From the NCBI GenBank assembly GCA_036654095.1, contig JAVVSR010000002.1, positions 1,375 to 65,374 of the forward strand: a stretch of 64,000 nucleotides of DNA, written 5' to 3'. This document shows, piece by piece, positions 19,823-29,924 of the stretch (its first letter is position 1; each line of letters opens with the position of its first letter). This stretch comes from Clostridia bacterium. Its GTDB lineage: Bacteria; Bacillota; Clostridia; Christensenellales; CAG-917. A program made the position numbers and the translations under genes. The notes under the pieces are model-generated. The model ran no database searches and was not told where the DNA came from. It saw nothing but the letters and a program-made list of their open reading frames with translations.

Positions 19823-20713
19823 CTACTTAATTAAAAGCAAAGCGTTTGGCGCAATCGTCGCCTCAAAATTTATGTTTTCAAATAACTCGCCATCAATGTC
19901 TGTAACGGTTTGTTGATTTGTTACTGTAACCGTTTTGCATTTTCTAAATTCAACTCCACTGGTTGAATTAGCCCTACCTTTAAAAATCATTAATAATGTG
20001 TAAAGCATTTTAAACAAATTTTGATGTTTTATCATAACTAAATTTAAAAAGCCATCATCGACCTTGGCATCAGGGCAAAAATCTATCCCACCTGCTACCT
20101 TTCCACCGTTTAAAACAGCTGTAAATACACCGTTATATTTAATATGTTCTCCGTCAGCTAAAATATCAAAATCATAGTTTATGCGTTTAAAAATACACTT
20201 TAAAATGTTTTTAAGGTAACTTGACTCGGTTTTTTTTGCGCTAGCATTTACCATATTTACAACATCAACATCTATCCCTTTACAAGCAAATGTAATTTCA
20301 TATCGGCCATCGATATTAATCGCGTCAACATTTTGTGGTTTACCTGAAATTAAAACATCCGCTGCTTCAAGCGTGGCAATACTCATACCTGCCGAACGCA
20401 TAAAATCATTGCCTGTGCCACACGGCAAAATCCCCAATTTCGTGTTACACTGCAACCCTTCATTTGCCATTTTCTGCTTTGCTTTTATAATACCATTTAT
20501 GACTTCGTGTATCGTTCCGTCGCCACCACAAGCGACTATTACGTCTGCCGATTGCAATGTCAAATCATATGACAATTCAGTCGCGTGCTTAACATATTTT
20601 GTATAATGTTCAATATAATCAATATTTTTTTTAGCAAAATAGCTTTCTACGCGACGAACTTCATCAAGTCCGCGTCCACGCTTTGCCATTGGATTTATAA
20701 TTAAATCAAACAT
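19823..20713 (-). CDS. diacylglycerol/lipid kinase family protein (YegS/DagK-like)
   Basis: Signature VACGGDGTIHEV and GILPCGTGNDF. ATG at 20713 preferred over the GTG at 20725. Confidence 0.75.
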   Translation of the reverse strand: MFDLIINPMAKRGRGLDEVRRVESYFAKKNIDYIEHYTKYVKHATELSYDLTLQSADVIVACGGDGTIHEVINGIIKAKQKMANEGLQCNTKLGILPCGTGNDFMRSAGMSIATLEAADVLISGKPQNVDAINIDGRYEITFACKGIDVDVVNMVNASAKKTESSYLKNILKCIFKRINYDFDILADGEHIKYNGVFTAVLNGGKVAGGIDFCPDAKVDDGFLNLVMIKHQNLFKMLYTLLMIFKGRANSTSGVEFRKCKTVTVTNQQTVTDIDGELFENINFEATIAPNALLLIK

Positions 20714-21092
20714 TTTACTACCCACTTATAAAATATAAATTTCGTTTACTTTACCTACATTTTTAAAATTTTTTGCTTATATTACAATTATTTCACAATT
20801 AAATTTTTATTATATTCATTCTTCTGTATTTTGCCCAAATAATAACTTTATATTTTAAAAACCATATACATTATTGTGTATTATTGTTTACCATTTAAAA
20901 AAACGATTAAATATTTTTTAAATTTCTAAGACTTTATATGTTTTTTATTATATCACTTAAATATATTTTTGGCAATTACTAATTTCGTCGCTCAAATTTA
21001 AATAATCATAACAAAATTATATAAACATATTGAATTTATTTTTAAAGTGTGCTATACTATGTGTTACTGTTAAGCAAAAAGGACTGCATTGA

Positions 21093-21611
21093 ATGGATAG
21101 TACAATTCATAAACTAATAGTTTTATATGTGTTTGACGCTATGGGTATGCCACTGAATGAAGATTCTGTGGTGGATATTTGCTACTATGAAATTGCTTGT
21201 ATGCAGTTTATTGACTGTAAAGAGGCCTTGTTTAATCTTCTCGACGCTGGTTTGTTATGTGTCGCCAGCAATGCAACAAGCAAACCGTTATATACTATTA
21301 CTAGCGACGGGAGCGAATGTTTGACGCATTTTTATATGCGTATTCCCTCTCATCTTCGCGAGCAAATCACCACTTTCGGAAAGGAAAACCGCTTGCGCCT
21401 TCGTAAGCAACAAGAATATTTTAGCGATTACTATAAAAACGAAGATGGCAGTCATACGGTATTATTGCGTATTATTAATCAAAACATAATTATGATGGAG
21501 CTTAAATTAGTGGTCAGCAGTCGCGCCAATGCTAAATGGATTACAAAAAACTGGTGCGATAAAGCGGCTCAGGTTTACAGCGTATTACACGAAACATTGT
21601 TAGACAATTAG
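21093..21611 (+). CDS. DUF4364-like putative regulator
   Basis: The N-terminal pattern KLIVLYVFDAMGMPLNEDSV and the ~170-aa length resemble the clostridial DUF4364 family. Recalled from memory only. Confidence 0.45.
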   Translation: MDSTIHKLIVLYVFDAMGMPLNEDSVVDICYYEIACMQFIDCKEALFNLLDAGLLCVASNATSKPLYTITSDGSECLTHFYMRIPSHLREQITTFGKENRLRLRKQQEYFSDYYKNEDGSHTVLLRIINQNIIMMELKLVVSSRANAKWITKNWCDKAAQVYSVLHETLLDN

Positions 21612-21620
21612 GAGGTACTT

Positions 21621-21878
21621 ATGCCAATATTTAGGACTAGAGGCACTTGCTCACGCGAAATTTTATTTTCCGTGGAAAACAACATTTTGACAGATTTAAA
21701 ATTTATAGGCGGTTGCTCGGGCAATCTACAAGCTTTATCGCGTTTGACGGTAGGCAAAAATATTGATGAAATAATTTCAATTTTAAAGGGTATACGTTGC
21801 AAAAATGATACCTCATGCCCCGACCAACTTGCAAAAGCTCTTACCGAATACAAGGCCGCTAACAGCACAACTCGTTAA
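21621..21878 (+). CDS. TSCPD-domain protein (TIGR03905-like)
   Basis: GTCSREI...GGCSGN...TSCPDQLAKAL. RBS AGGAGG, 10 nt after the upstream stop. Confidence 0.8.
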   Translation: MPIFRTRGTCSREILFSVENNILTDLKFIGGCSGNLQALSRLTVGKNIDEIISILKGIRCKNDTSCPDQLAKALTEYKAANSTTR

Positions 21879-21936
21879 GTATATTTAAACTTTGCGTATT
21901 TGGGCAATTTTAAATATGTATTTAACAATATTAAAA

Positions 21937-21962
21937 AACTCTCGCGATTACGAGAGTTTTTG
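21937..21962 (+). terminator. rho-independent terminator
   Basis: CTCTCG-cgatta-CGAGAG followed by TTTTTG. Confidence 0.6.
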
Positions 21963-22049
21963 TTTGCCGTTTAAAGTATTCATATTAAGTTTTGATTTAG
22001 AAATATCAATTTAAACTTTTTAATCGCAGTTTGAAAAAAACAAAATCCG

Positions 22050-23366
22050 TTAAAAAAATGCGTGATATATTGCATTTATGGCTTTTTCGTAATCTCCCAA
22101 CTCAACCGCTACAATGATATTCATTTCACTGCTGCCTTGGTCAATCATTCGTATGTTCACATTTGATGCAGCTAGCGCGCTAAACAACTTTGCCGCAGTA
22201 CCCGGACGGTCAGCCATACGTTGTCCAACAGTTGCAATTAAGGCCAAACCGCTGTGAATATCAATTTTATCGGGATTGACGGCCTCGCGCAATTTATTTA
22301 ATAATTTTTCAAGTTTTCCTTGAATTTCATTGTCGGCAATGACCAAGCTCATTGTATCGATGCCTGACGGAATATGCTCAAACGAAATACCGCATTGCTC
22401 CAAAACCGACAATACTTTGCGACCAAAACCCAGTTCGCTGTTCATCATTGATTTTGAAATATTTATTGAAGTAAAACCCGTATGCCCTGCAATTCCAGTA
22501 ACTATATTGTCCGATTGACAACCATCTTCATATCTAGCGACAATAGTTGTGCCTGCATGCTCGGGGAAAAACGTGTTGCGAATGTTTATTGGCGTTTGAC
22601 TTATACGAACTGGAAATATCGAGTCGGGGTGCAGCACATCTGCGCCCATATAAGAAAGCTCGCGCAGTTCCGAATAGGACAACGTGCTAATTTGTTTTGG
22701 ATTGTCAACAATACGTGGGTCTGCTGTTAAAAATCCGTCAACATCTGTCCAGTTTTCATAAACATCAGCGTTGACCGCGCGCGCAACGATTGCGCCCGAA
22801 ACATCTGAACCGCCTCGTGAAAATGTTTTAATTTGGCCATTATCAAAGCTTCCATAAAAACCTGGCACTACAACATACTTACATTTCTCAAGATTTTTTG
22901 AAGCTATATCGTTGGTATATTCGGCATTAAACGCGCCGTTTTCAGCAAAACGAATTAGGTCGGAAGCGTCAACAAAGCCAAATCTAAGTTTAGCGGCCAA
23001 AAGCATAGCTGCCAAAAATTCCCCGCGTGAAGCCGCGTAGTCAGGAGTGGACGAAGCGTTAATATTTGCTTCAATTTCATCTAAATAGTCGTTAAAATTG
23101 ACCGAAAGTTTTAAATCTGAAACAAGGCCTAAAAATCTTTCGCGAACTTTAGAAAACGAATTTTTACAACTTCCCGTTTCTAAAGCCTCGTCAAAACTTG
23201 CATACAACAAATCGGTAACTTTATTATCACCGCGAAAACGTTTACCCGGAGCGGACACAACTATATACTTTCTGTCTTTATCCGACAAAATAATTTCGGC
23301 AACTCTTTCAATACTTTCAGCGGTAGACATTGAAGTTCCGCCAAATTTACAAACCTTAACACCCAT
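22050..23366 (-). CDS. aspartate kinase
   Basis: KFGGTSM, VVSAPG and SRGGSD motifs, with C-terminal ACT-like repeats. Confidence 0.85.
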   Translation of the reverse strand: MGVKVCKFGGTSMSTAESIERVAEIILSDKDRKYIVVSAPGKRFRGDNKVTDLLYASFDEALETGSCKNSFSKVRERFLGLVSDLKLSVNFNDYLDEIEANINASSTPDYAASRGEFLAAMLLAAKLRFGFVDASDLIRFAENGAFNAEYTNDIASKNLEKCKYVVVPGFYGSFDNGQIKTFSRGGSDVSGAIVARAVNADVYENWTDVDGFLTADPRIVDNPKQISTLSYSELRELSYMGADVLHPDSIFPVRISQTPINIRNTFFPEHAGTTIVARYEDGCQSDNIVTGIAGHTGFTSINISKSMMNSELGFGRKVLSVLEQCGISFEHIPSGIDTMSLVIADNEIQGKLEKLLNKLREAVNPDKIDIHSGLALIATVGQRMADRPGTAAKLFSALAASNVNIRMIDQGSSEMNIIVAVELGDYEKAINAIYHAFF

Positions 23367-23377
23367 ACAAACCTCTA

Positions 23378-24610
23378 TTAGTATTTAATAATTTTTTTAG
23401 CTTCCAAATAATATCTTTTTTCAACAGCTTCGCCCATAGAAAATGATTTTCTGGGCAGCACGCCTTTACGTATAATATAATCAAACAACTCACATTTATC
23501 GATAGTTGGCATAACTAAACCGATACCATTTTCAGCATTGCAAACTTCATTCAAATCATCAATACCGTGCACGTAATCAACCTTAACCGATGGATTACAC
23601 TTAATATATTGGTCAATAAAGTCTTGAACCTGCTTTATAGCCTCAATTTTATTTTCACTAACAGACAAAATAATTTCACTTCCATTATACAGCAATTTCA
23701 TTTTACCTGCGCCCTTGCAATAATTTAAAATATCTGAAATAAATTGGTCGCCACCATTAAATATAACACGATGTATTGGTTCAAACACCAATGCCTTACT
23801 GTGCAAATTCATCACTTCAACAAGCGCAAATCGAGCTGGGTGATTTGTTTTATCGGCCTCAGAAAGTTCAGCTTTTATACTGTCCCAATGCGCTTTTGCA
23901 GTCGCCAATGAGTGGTTGCCATCGCCCACTGCAAACAAAAAATTTGTTACAGTATTATACTTTTCTTTTTGTATTTTTTCATCAAGCAGCGCATATAGTT
24001 TTTTAATAATTTCATTAGGATTAGAAACCTTATAGCCTTTGATATGTCCGCCCTTCATATTCAGTTTTGTATCGTACAATACTTCGAGCGATTGACGATT
24101 TTCATATATAGGTTCAATAATATCACACGCAGTATCATCAATTAATAGCATTATATGCGGAAGTTCAAGCGGCGCGTTACTTCGGATTTTTACACGCGGA
24201 GGTATGCGTTCAATAATCGTACCTTCGGTAGCTTTTATGTATGCGTTTGAAAACGGAGTATAGTCATAACTTTCCAAATCCACCGCGAGAATAAGCCCTA
24301 GCCTACACTTAGCATACATCGTATCACGTTCAACTAAAATAAAACTGTCGCGTATTGTATCAAAAATGCCGTCATTCAAATATTTTCGCATACAGGTATT
24401 AATGCTTTCAATACGCTTATCGTTATCCTCATTTAAATAAACTTCGGGAAAAATTAAATTAAAGGCGCTAGGCGCACCTTTTGTAAACTTTTGAAGCTGT
24501 TCCCAATAGTCGGGTTGAGATGTAAACTGGTCGCAAGCAACTACCGCCCATTTCTCTAAATCTACCGCCTTCTTTGGCAATAAGATTTCGGGAATTTTAA
24601 CTATATTCAT
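23378..24610 (-). CDS. DUF1015-like protein
   Basis: 410 aa with an FAVGDGNHSLATAKAHW core reminiscent of the DUF1015 (I)ADG(H)HR motif. The start overlaps the cdaA stop (TAATG). Confidence 0.5.
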   Translation of the reverse strand: MNIVKIPEILLPKKAVDLEKWAVVACDQFTSQPDYWEQLQKFTKGAPSAFNLIFPEVYLNEDNDKRIESINTCMRKYLNDGIFDTIRDSFILVERDTMYAKCRLGLILAVDLESYDYTPFSNAYIKATEGTIIERIPPRVKIRSNAPLELPHIMLLIDDTACDIIEPIYENRQSLEVLYDTKLNMKGGHIKGYKVSNPNEIIKKLYALLDEKIQKEKYNTVTNFLFAVGDGNHSLATAKAHWDSIKAELSEADKTNHPARFALVEVMNLHSKALVFEPIHRVIFNGGDQFISDILNYCKGAGKMKLLYNGSEIILSVSENKIEAIKQVQDFIDQYIKCNPSVKVDYVHGIDDLNEVCNAENGIGLVMPTIDKCELFDYIIRKGVLPRKSFSMGEAVEKRYYLEAKKIIKY

Positions 24611-25473
24611 TATCTTCTGAACCTCTTTTTATTTTTTTCATTTTTATTAAATGACTTTGCTTCCATAGCCAAAGGCGAAATACCATATATGGTTTCAATT
24701 TTTTCTTTCAATTTTTCGATAGTCATATAACGTTGCATAAGGCCGTGCATAGCAACGGATATAATACCCGTTTCCTCGCTGACAACAATAGCCATAACAT
24801 CGCTTTCTTCGGTAATGCCAAGAGCTGCGCGGTGACGTGTGCCAAGTTCTTTAGCGACACCTGCATCTTGCGTTAAGGGTAGAAAACAACCAGCCGACAA
24901 AATTTTATTGCCCTTTACTATAACAGCGCCATCGTGCAAAGGTGATTTTGTATTAAAAACACTGACCAAAAGCGACGAACTAATAACTGCGTTTATGTCA
25001 GTACCCGTTCGCAAAATATGCGAATCCATAGTTGTTGGAGTGATAATAATAATTGCACCAGTGTTTTGTTTTGCCATAGCTTGCAATGCGGAAAGCAGCT
25101 GTTCAGTAGCCTCGTGAAGTTCATCATCGCTGCCATAACCCTCAGCAAATAAGTCGACGCCAGAAGGAGCCGCGATATGCTGAAATAGTGACCTGAAATC
25201 CGATTGATAAACGACAATTACTGTCACCAATGAAAATAGATACACATAATCCAAGACCATTGAAGAAATCAAAAAAGATTCTTTAGCGGAAAGCGCATTT
25301 AAAGTACCTGCCGTAATTTTCAAAGCGGTAACGGCAAGTAGCAAAAAAAACACCCTTAAACAACGTTTGTGGTAAAAGAAAATAAACGCCAACACCAAAA
25401 CAGTTAAGCAAACGAAACCGTCAACTATGCCAAGTAAGCCTAAATTCTCAAAATAAACGGCAATCTTATCCAT
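24610..25473 (-). CDS. cdaA: diadenylate cyclase CdaA
   Basis: Three N-terminal TM helices plus DAC-domain motifs GAIIII, PLHDGAVIV and GTRHRAALG. The second ATG is chosen for better spacing from GAGGAG. Confidence 0.9.
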   Translation of the reverse strand: MDKIAVYFENLGLLGIVDGFVCLTVLVLAFIFFYHKRCLRVFFLLLAVTALKITAGTLNALSAKESFLISSMVLDYVYLFSLVTVIVVYQSDFRSLFQHIAAPSGVDLFAEGYGSDDELHEATEQLLSALQAMAKQNTGAIIIITPTTMDSHILRTGTDINAVISSSLLVSVFNTKSPLHDGAVIVKGNKILSAGCFLPLTQDAGVAKELGTRHRAALGITEESDVMAIVVSEETGIISVAMHGLMQRYMTIEKLKEKIETIYGISPLAMEAKSFNKNEKNKKRFRR

Positions 25474-25603
25474 CGTCATTGCTCCTCAAATTAGTACACT
25501 TAGTATACCATATACTAAATAATTTCACAATACATTTGCGCGTTTTTTAGTTACTTTTTATGCAACTTCATTTAAAAAATTACATTTAGATTAACTTTAA
25601 GTA

Positions 25604-25640
25604 CAAAAAAATCGCCTTCATTAGGCGATTTCAGTTTTTT
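25604..25640 (-). terminator. rho-independent terminator after holA
   Basis: AATCGCCT-5nt-AGGCGATT with a U-run on the minus strand (A-run 25605-25610). Confidence 0.65.
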
Positions 25641-25660
25641 CCATCATCACGTCATACCAC

Positions 25661-26623
25661 TTACTTTTTAATTAACATCAACATCGCTCGCTGTAAAGCC
25701 TCTCTTTCGTCAGTTTGGCCACTCTTAAATAAAAATTCCAATTCGTGCAAAGTATCATTAAATTTTTTAAGTTCAATTTGCGTATATTTTTCGGCCTGCT
25801 TCCGCGCTAAAGTGATTGCATAAGGCTTAACTCCCAATACTTTTGCCAGTTCATTTACGTCAAGCGAACTTACCTTAGCCTCAAACATTCTTCGATAATT
25901 CCCCGACAAGGTGGATATTATAACCGATGGTTTTGTGCCCTTACTAAGCATACTGTTAAGCACGGTTAAGGCCTCAAAATTATTGCCGTCTTTAAGTGCG
26001 TCAGTCAATTTAAAAATGCTGTATTCGTTGTCAGGCGTAACCAAAAGTTCAACTTCATTGACTGTAATTTTTTTACCATCGCAATAAGCGACAAGCTTTT
26101 CAACCTCTTTTAAAACGCGCATCATATTGCAGTCGGTAAACTTTGAAAGCAACAAAATCGCTTTATCGTCAATATCAATATTTCGACTTTGCGCAACTTC
26201 TTTAACCCACTTTAGGATTTGCGCTTCGCTGCACCCTTTGCAATCAACAACTTCGCCATACTTATATAATTGATTTAACACGCTAGGACTAGAATCATCA
26301 GAAAGCACTAGTGTTGTAAAATCAGCGGGTTTTTTTAAATAACTAATTAATTGCGCTTTATCCGAGTCGCTAAGTTTTGAAGTTGACCTTACAATAACAA
26401 CTTTACTGTTGTCCATAACGGGCATCATATTGCACGCAGAAATAACGTCGTTCATAGCTTCAACGTCGTCAAATATTTGTAAATTAAAAATGGAAAGGTC
26501 GTCACTTACAAGTTTTACAAAATATTCAATAGCTTTATTTCGCAAAAAACCGTCGGCGCCTTCTAAAAAATATACAGGCAATTTTTCTATATTTAAACGT
26601 TTTTCCAAATCATCAACAATCAT
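25661..26623 (-). CDS. holA: DNA polymerase III delta subunit
   Basis: ~320 aa with a delta-subunit-like layout, directly downstream of comEC as in Bacillus. The ATG at 26623 sits behind GAGGAAAT; the ORF-track start is a TTG. Confidence 0.75.
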   Translation of the reverse strand: MIVDDLEKRLNIEKLPVYFLEGADGFLRNKAIEYFVKLVSDDLSIFNLQIFDDVEAMNDVISACNMMPVMDNSKVVIVRSTSKLSDSDKAQLISYLKKPADFTTLVLSDDSSPSVLNQLYKYGEVVDCKGCSEAQILKWVKEVAQSRNIDIDDKAILLLSKFTDCNMMRVLKEVEKLVAYCDGKKITVNEVELLVTPDNEYSIFKLTDALKDGNNFEALTVLNSMLSKGTKPSVIISTLSGNYRRMFEAKVSSLDVNELAKVLGVKPYAITLARKQAEKYTQIELKKFNDTLHELEFLFKSGQTDEREALQRAMLMLIKK

Positions 26624-26846
26624 TATATTTCCTCGACGCAACTGTCAATATTGCAATTTTATTTATAAATATTGTAACGCTTTTTTAGTTAAAAGTCAAT
26701 TTGTTTTTAGTCGCACGCTTTTATAAAAATCTTAATAAATATGAACACTAAAAAAAGTTTTATGCTGCTTAATTTATTTTGACCATAAACTTTTATAGCC
26801 CACAAAAAATAGTTTTGTATTTTAAACAAGACCATTAATTTTTTAT

Positions 26847-28349
26847 CTAAATTATCATTGTAATAGTTAAAAATAAAACAGCAGTTGCGCTCAATGAGTA
26901 TAAGGCAATATATTTTGTTTTTAAAGTACAAAAAATATACCTCGAAAATAAAAATATTAATAAATAGTAAATGGCTGAAAACAATCCTAAGCTTACCACG
27001 TCAATAACCGAAATAGCCAAGTTACCTAAACACATTGACACAAACAAAATTGGAAATGTAACAACATTAAATGTTGCCAACAGCGGAGCAAAAATAGGTA
27101 TAACAAGCACAATAAATGAGATTATAAGTATAAATATGTAGATAAACGGCAGTATTGGTAAAATTGCTATATTTGCAAATAAAAACAAAGTTTGAAATGC
27201 GTTGAAAAAATATGCCATTATTGGATAAAGCATAATGTTTACAGCTAAACTTACGCCTACTAATTCTTTTACGAATTTTGGCATAAATTTTAGCCGCGCC
27301 AATATCGGCGGATACAAAACAATAATCCCTAAAACTGCTATAAATGACATTAAACATCCTGCCGAAAATAAGTCAGTCGGGAAAAATAGCAACGCTATTA
27401 TACCCGCAAATCCTAACGTTGACAGCCCGTCACTCTGTCTGCCTATGCAATCGGCCAGCATAAAAGAAAAGCACAATATCATCGCTCGAATTACTGACGA
27501 CGGAAAACCGCACAACGCACTGTACGCAATTAACAGGCTCATAACTACCGCTAATTTTATATAACCTTTTAATTTTAGTTTTTTAGCAATCTTATTTATA
27601 AATGCCGCAAGTATCCCAATATGCAAACCACTTACAGCAAAAATGTGCGCCAATCCGCTTGCTATAATATTGCTGTAAAAATGGTAATTTATTCCATATT
27701 TGTCGCTAAATAAAAGCGCGCAAGTAATTTCTGCGGTGGTATCATTTGTATAGTCGGCTAACATTCGCTTTAAATTTATGCGGATATTATCAGGAACAGG
27801 AAGTACGCCTTCGCCTACTGTTTGTATACTTTTTGCCCAAACGTCATAATAATTTCCCTTATGAAATAAACTTATAAACGCGCTGTCGGTTACGTCAAAT
27901 TCATTTGAATTAAACGAACCCTTAATTTTTATCTTATCTCCCGCTCGAGCCAAAGGTAAATCTTCTGCAATAATTGTTGCTCGTCCTTTAACTTTTTGGC
28001 CGTTCACGGTTATGTTGCACAGCTCAAATTTATGTAGTTCTCCATTTTTCATATCGGCAATTTCTGACGAAATTGTACCTTCTATTACCGCGCTTTTTTC
28101 GTGAATTTCTTTTACACTGTATAAGTCGTACGCGCCGCATATTGAAATAAGCCCAATCGCAAACGCTATCGGTAAATAGGCAAAACGATTTTGCTTAAAT
28201 ATACAAAAACCGCTTGCAAAAAGCGCGCAAGCAGCTATCGATAAAGTCCTAACCCAATAAAGTTCTTTAAAACTAACTCCGACCAAAATGCCCAATATCT
28301 GAAAAACAAGAAAAAAGCACATCGGCCTATTGTTAAAAAACCTTTTCAT
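26847..28349 (-). CDS. comEC: ComEC/Rec2 family competence channel protein (short form, no metallo-beta-lactamase domain)
   Basis: Polytopic membrane protein with the competence-domain motif FAVSGLHIGILAA. It ends after the TM core at 500 aa. Confidence 0.75.
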   Translation of the reverse strand: MKRFFNNRPMCFFLVFQILGILVGVSFKELYWVRTLSIAACALFASGFCIFKQNRFAYLPIAFAIGLISICGAYDLYSVKEIHEKSAVIEGTISSEIADMKNGELHKFELCNITVNGQKVKGRATIIAEDLPLARAGDKIKIKGSFNSNEFDVTDSAFISLFHKGNYYDVWAKSIQTVGEGVLPVPDNIRINLKRMLADYTNDTTAEITCALLFSDKYGINYHFYSNIIASGLAHIFAVSGLHIGILAAFINKIAKKLKLKGYIKLAVVMSLLIAYSALCGFPSSVIRAMILCFSFMLADCIGRQSDGLSTLGFAGIIALLFFPTDLFSAGCLMSFIAVLGIIVLYPPILARLKFMPKFVKELVGVSLAVNIMLYPIMAYFFNAFQTLFLFANIAILPILPFIYIFILIISFIVLVIPIFAPLLATFNVVTFPILFVSMCLGNLAISVIDVVSLGLFSAIYYLLIFLFSRYIFCTLKTKYIALYSLSATAVLFLTITMII

Positions 28350-28350
28350 T

Positions 28351-28692
28351 CTAATTAACGTTTGAAGTAGCTACAACATCAACGCCACTGTTTAAAATAT
28401 TTTTTAAAACAATATCGCCTATTTTAATAGGCAAATCTAAAGTGACAGTTTTTAAAATTTCGAGTACTGGAAAAATATCCGATTTATTAATTAAGCCATT
28501 AGTTTTAACCGAAACAACTCCGCCATTAGAAAGTTTAACAAGGCTAGTAACAACACGTTTTGGCGATTTAAATTCCTGTTCGCCATATGTTGCTCCACGC
28601 TTACACGTATTTCCCCTTACAACTATTTTCCCGTTTAGCTCCTCAATTTCTAACGGACAGCCCATTGGGCACATTATACAAATTGTTTTCAT
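28351..28692 (-). CDS. DUF1667 domain protein
   Basis: CIMCPMGCPLE...VRGNTCKRGATYGEQE...PKRVVTSLV. Third gene of the glpA-like trio. Confidence 0.75.
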   Translation of the reverse strand: MKTICIMCPMGCPLEIEELNGKIVVRGNTCKRGATYGEQEFKSPKRVVTSLVKLSNGGVVSVKTNGLINKSDIFPVLEILKTVTLDLPIKIGDIVLKNILNSGVDVVATSNVN

Positions 28693-28694
28693 AA

Positions 28695-29924
28695 TTATCT
28701 TAGCCTCAAAGTAACATTATCATTGATTTCTGCTTTTTGAAGTTCAATGCTTTCCATTTCGCCGGGCGATAAAATAAGATATTTTTTTGAAAAAATCACC
28801 TTTTCTCCGCACAACGCCTCAATTATTGCGCCTTTATAAACCGCGCCAACACGAAAATATATCTTCACAGTTTTATCACCGCTATAAATATAATTTGGCA
28901 AAGCATAGCGCACTCCATTTTCCGCTAAAACGCTGAATTTGGCCGTTGTTTTCAATTCGTCTTTTGCAAACTGCGACGCAAAATAACCAGCCATTGCCCC
29001 TTCCTCTGACACGTTGTCAACAAGGTCATGTACGTGCAGAACATTTCCGCACGAGAAAATGCCTGCAATAGAGGTTTGCCTATGTTCATCAACCACCGCT
29101 CCGCCTGTAATGCCATTCATTTCAATAGATAATTCAGAAATTAAATCATTTTCAGGAATCAACCCAACCGACAACAATAGCGTGTCACACTCAATATAAG
29201 TTTCGGTTTCAGGTTTAACCTGCATATTTTTGTCAACCTCGGCATAATACAGACCTTCAAGCCTGCTTTCTCCAAGTAAACGAGTTATAGTATGACTGTA
29301 TTTAATTGGAATATTAAAGTCATCTAAGCACTGAACGATGTTCCGCTTAAGGCCACTTGAATAAGGCAATAACTCGAGTACCTGCAAAACTTTTGCGCCT
29401 TCAAATGTCATACGACGCGCCATAATTAAGCCAATATCGCCACTGCCGAGTATCACAATTTTTTTGCCAACCATATAGCCCTCAATGTTTGACATACGTT
29501 GCGCCATTCCAGCCGTGTACACCCCAGTCGGCCGTGTGCCTGTCAACATAATTGCGCCAGCCGTCCTCTCGCGACAGCCCATTGCCAAAACGATAGCCTT
29601 TGCTTGTACGGTAAACAAGCCCTCGCTAGGACACACTGCCGTAACTGTTTTATTTGCAGTCAACGAAAGCACCATTGCTTCGGTAATAACTTTAATACTT
29701 GTATTTTCAACCATTTTAACAAAACGGTCAGCGTATTCAGGGCCCGTAAGTTCTTCCTTAAAATAATGCAATCCAAAACCATTATGGATACATTGATTTA
29801 AAATGCCACCAAGTTTAATATCGCGTTCCAAAATAAGCACGCTGCTACCATTGTCGTAAGCTTGAATTGCAGCCGCCATACCAGCCGGACCTCCGCCGAT
29901 AACAACAACATCAAAGGTTTCCAT
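28695..29924 (-). CDS. FAD-dependent pyridine nucleotide-disulfide oxidoreductase
   Basis: Start moved to METFDVVVIGGGPAGMAAA behind AAGGAGGT. A second Rossmann motif, ILGSGDIGL, is present. It overlaps the upstream gene by 14 nt. Confidence 0.8.
   Translation of the reverse strand: METFDVVVIGGGPAGMAAAIQAYDNGSSVLILERDIKLGGILNQCIHNGFGLHYFKEELTGPEYADRFVKMVENTSIKVITEAMVLSLTANKTVTAVCPSEGLFTVQAKAIVLAMGCRERTAGAIMLTGTRPTGVYTAGMAQRMSNIEGYMVGKKIVILGSGDIGLIMARRMTFEGAKVLQVLELLPYSSGLKRNIVQCLDDFNIPIKYSHTITRLLGESRLEGLYYAEVDKNMQVKPETETYIECDTLLLSVGLIPENDLISELSIEMNGITGGAVVDEHRQTSIAGIFSCGNVLHVHDLVDNVSEEGAMAGYFASQFAKDELKTTAKFSVLAENGVRYALPNYIYSGDKTVKIYFRVGAVYKGAIIEALCGEKVIFSKKYLILSPGEMESIELQKAEINDNVTLRLR

Noticed and set aside
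26707-26931. 74-aa minus-strand ORF
   Set aside because: It overlaps the 3' end of comEC in another frame and extends into the AT-rich spacer, with no RBS.
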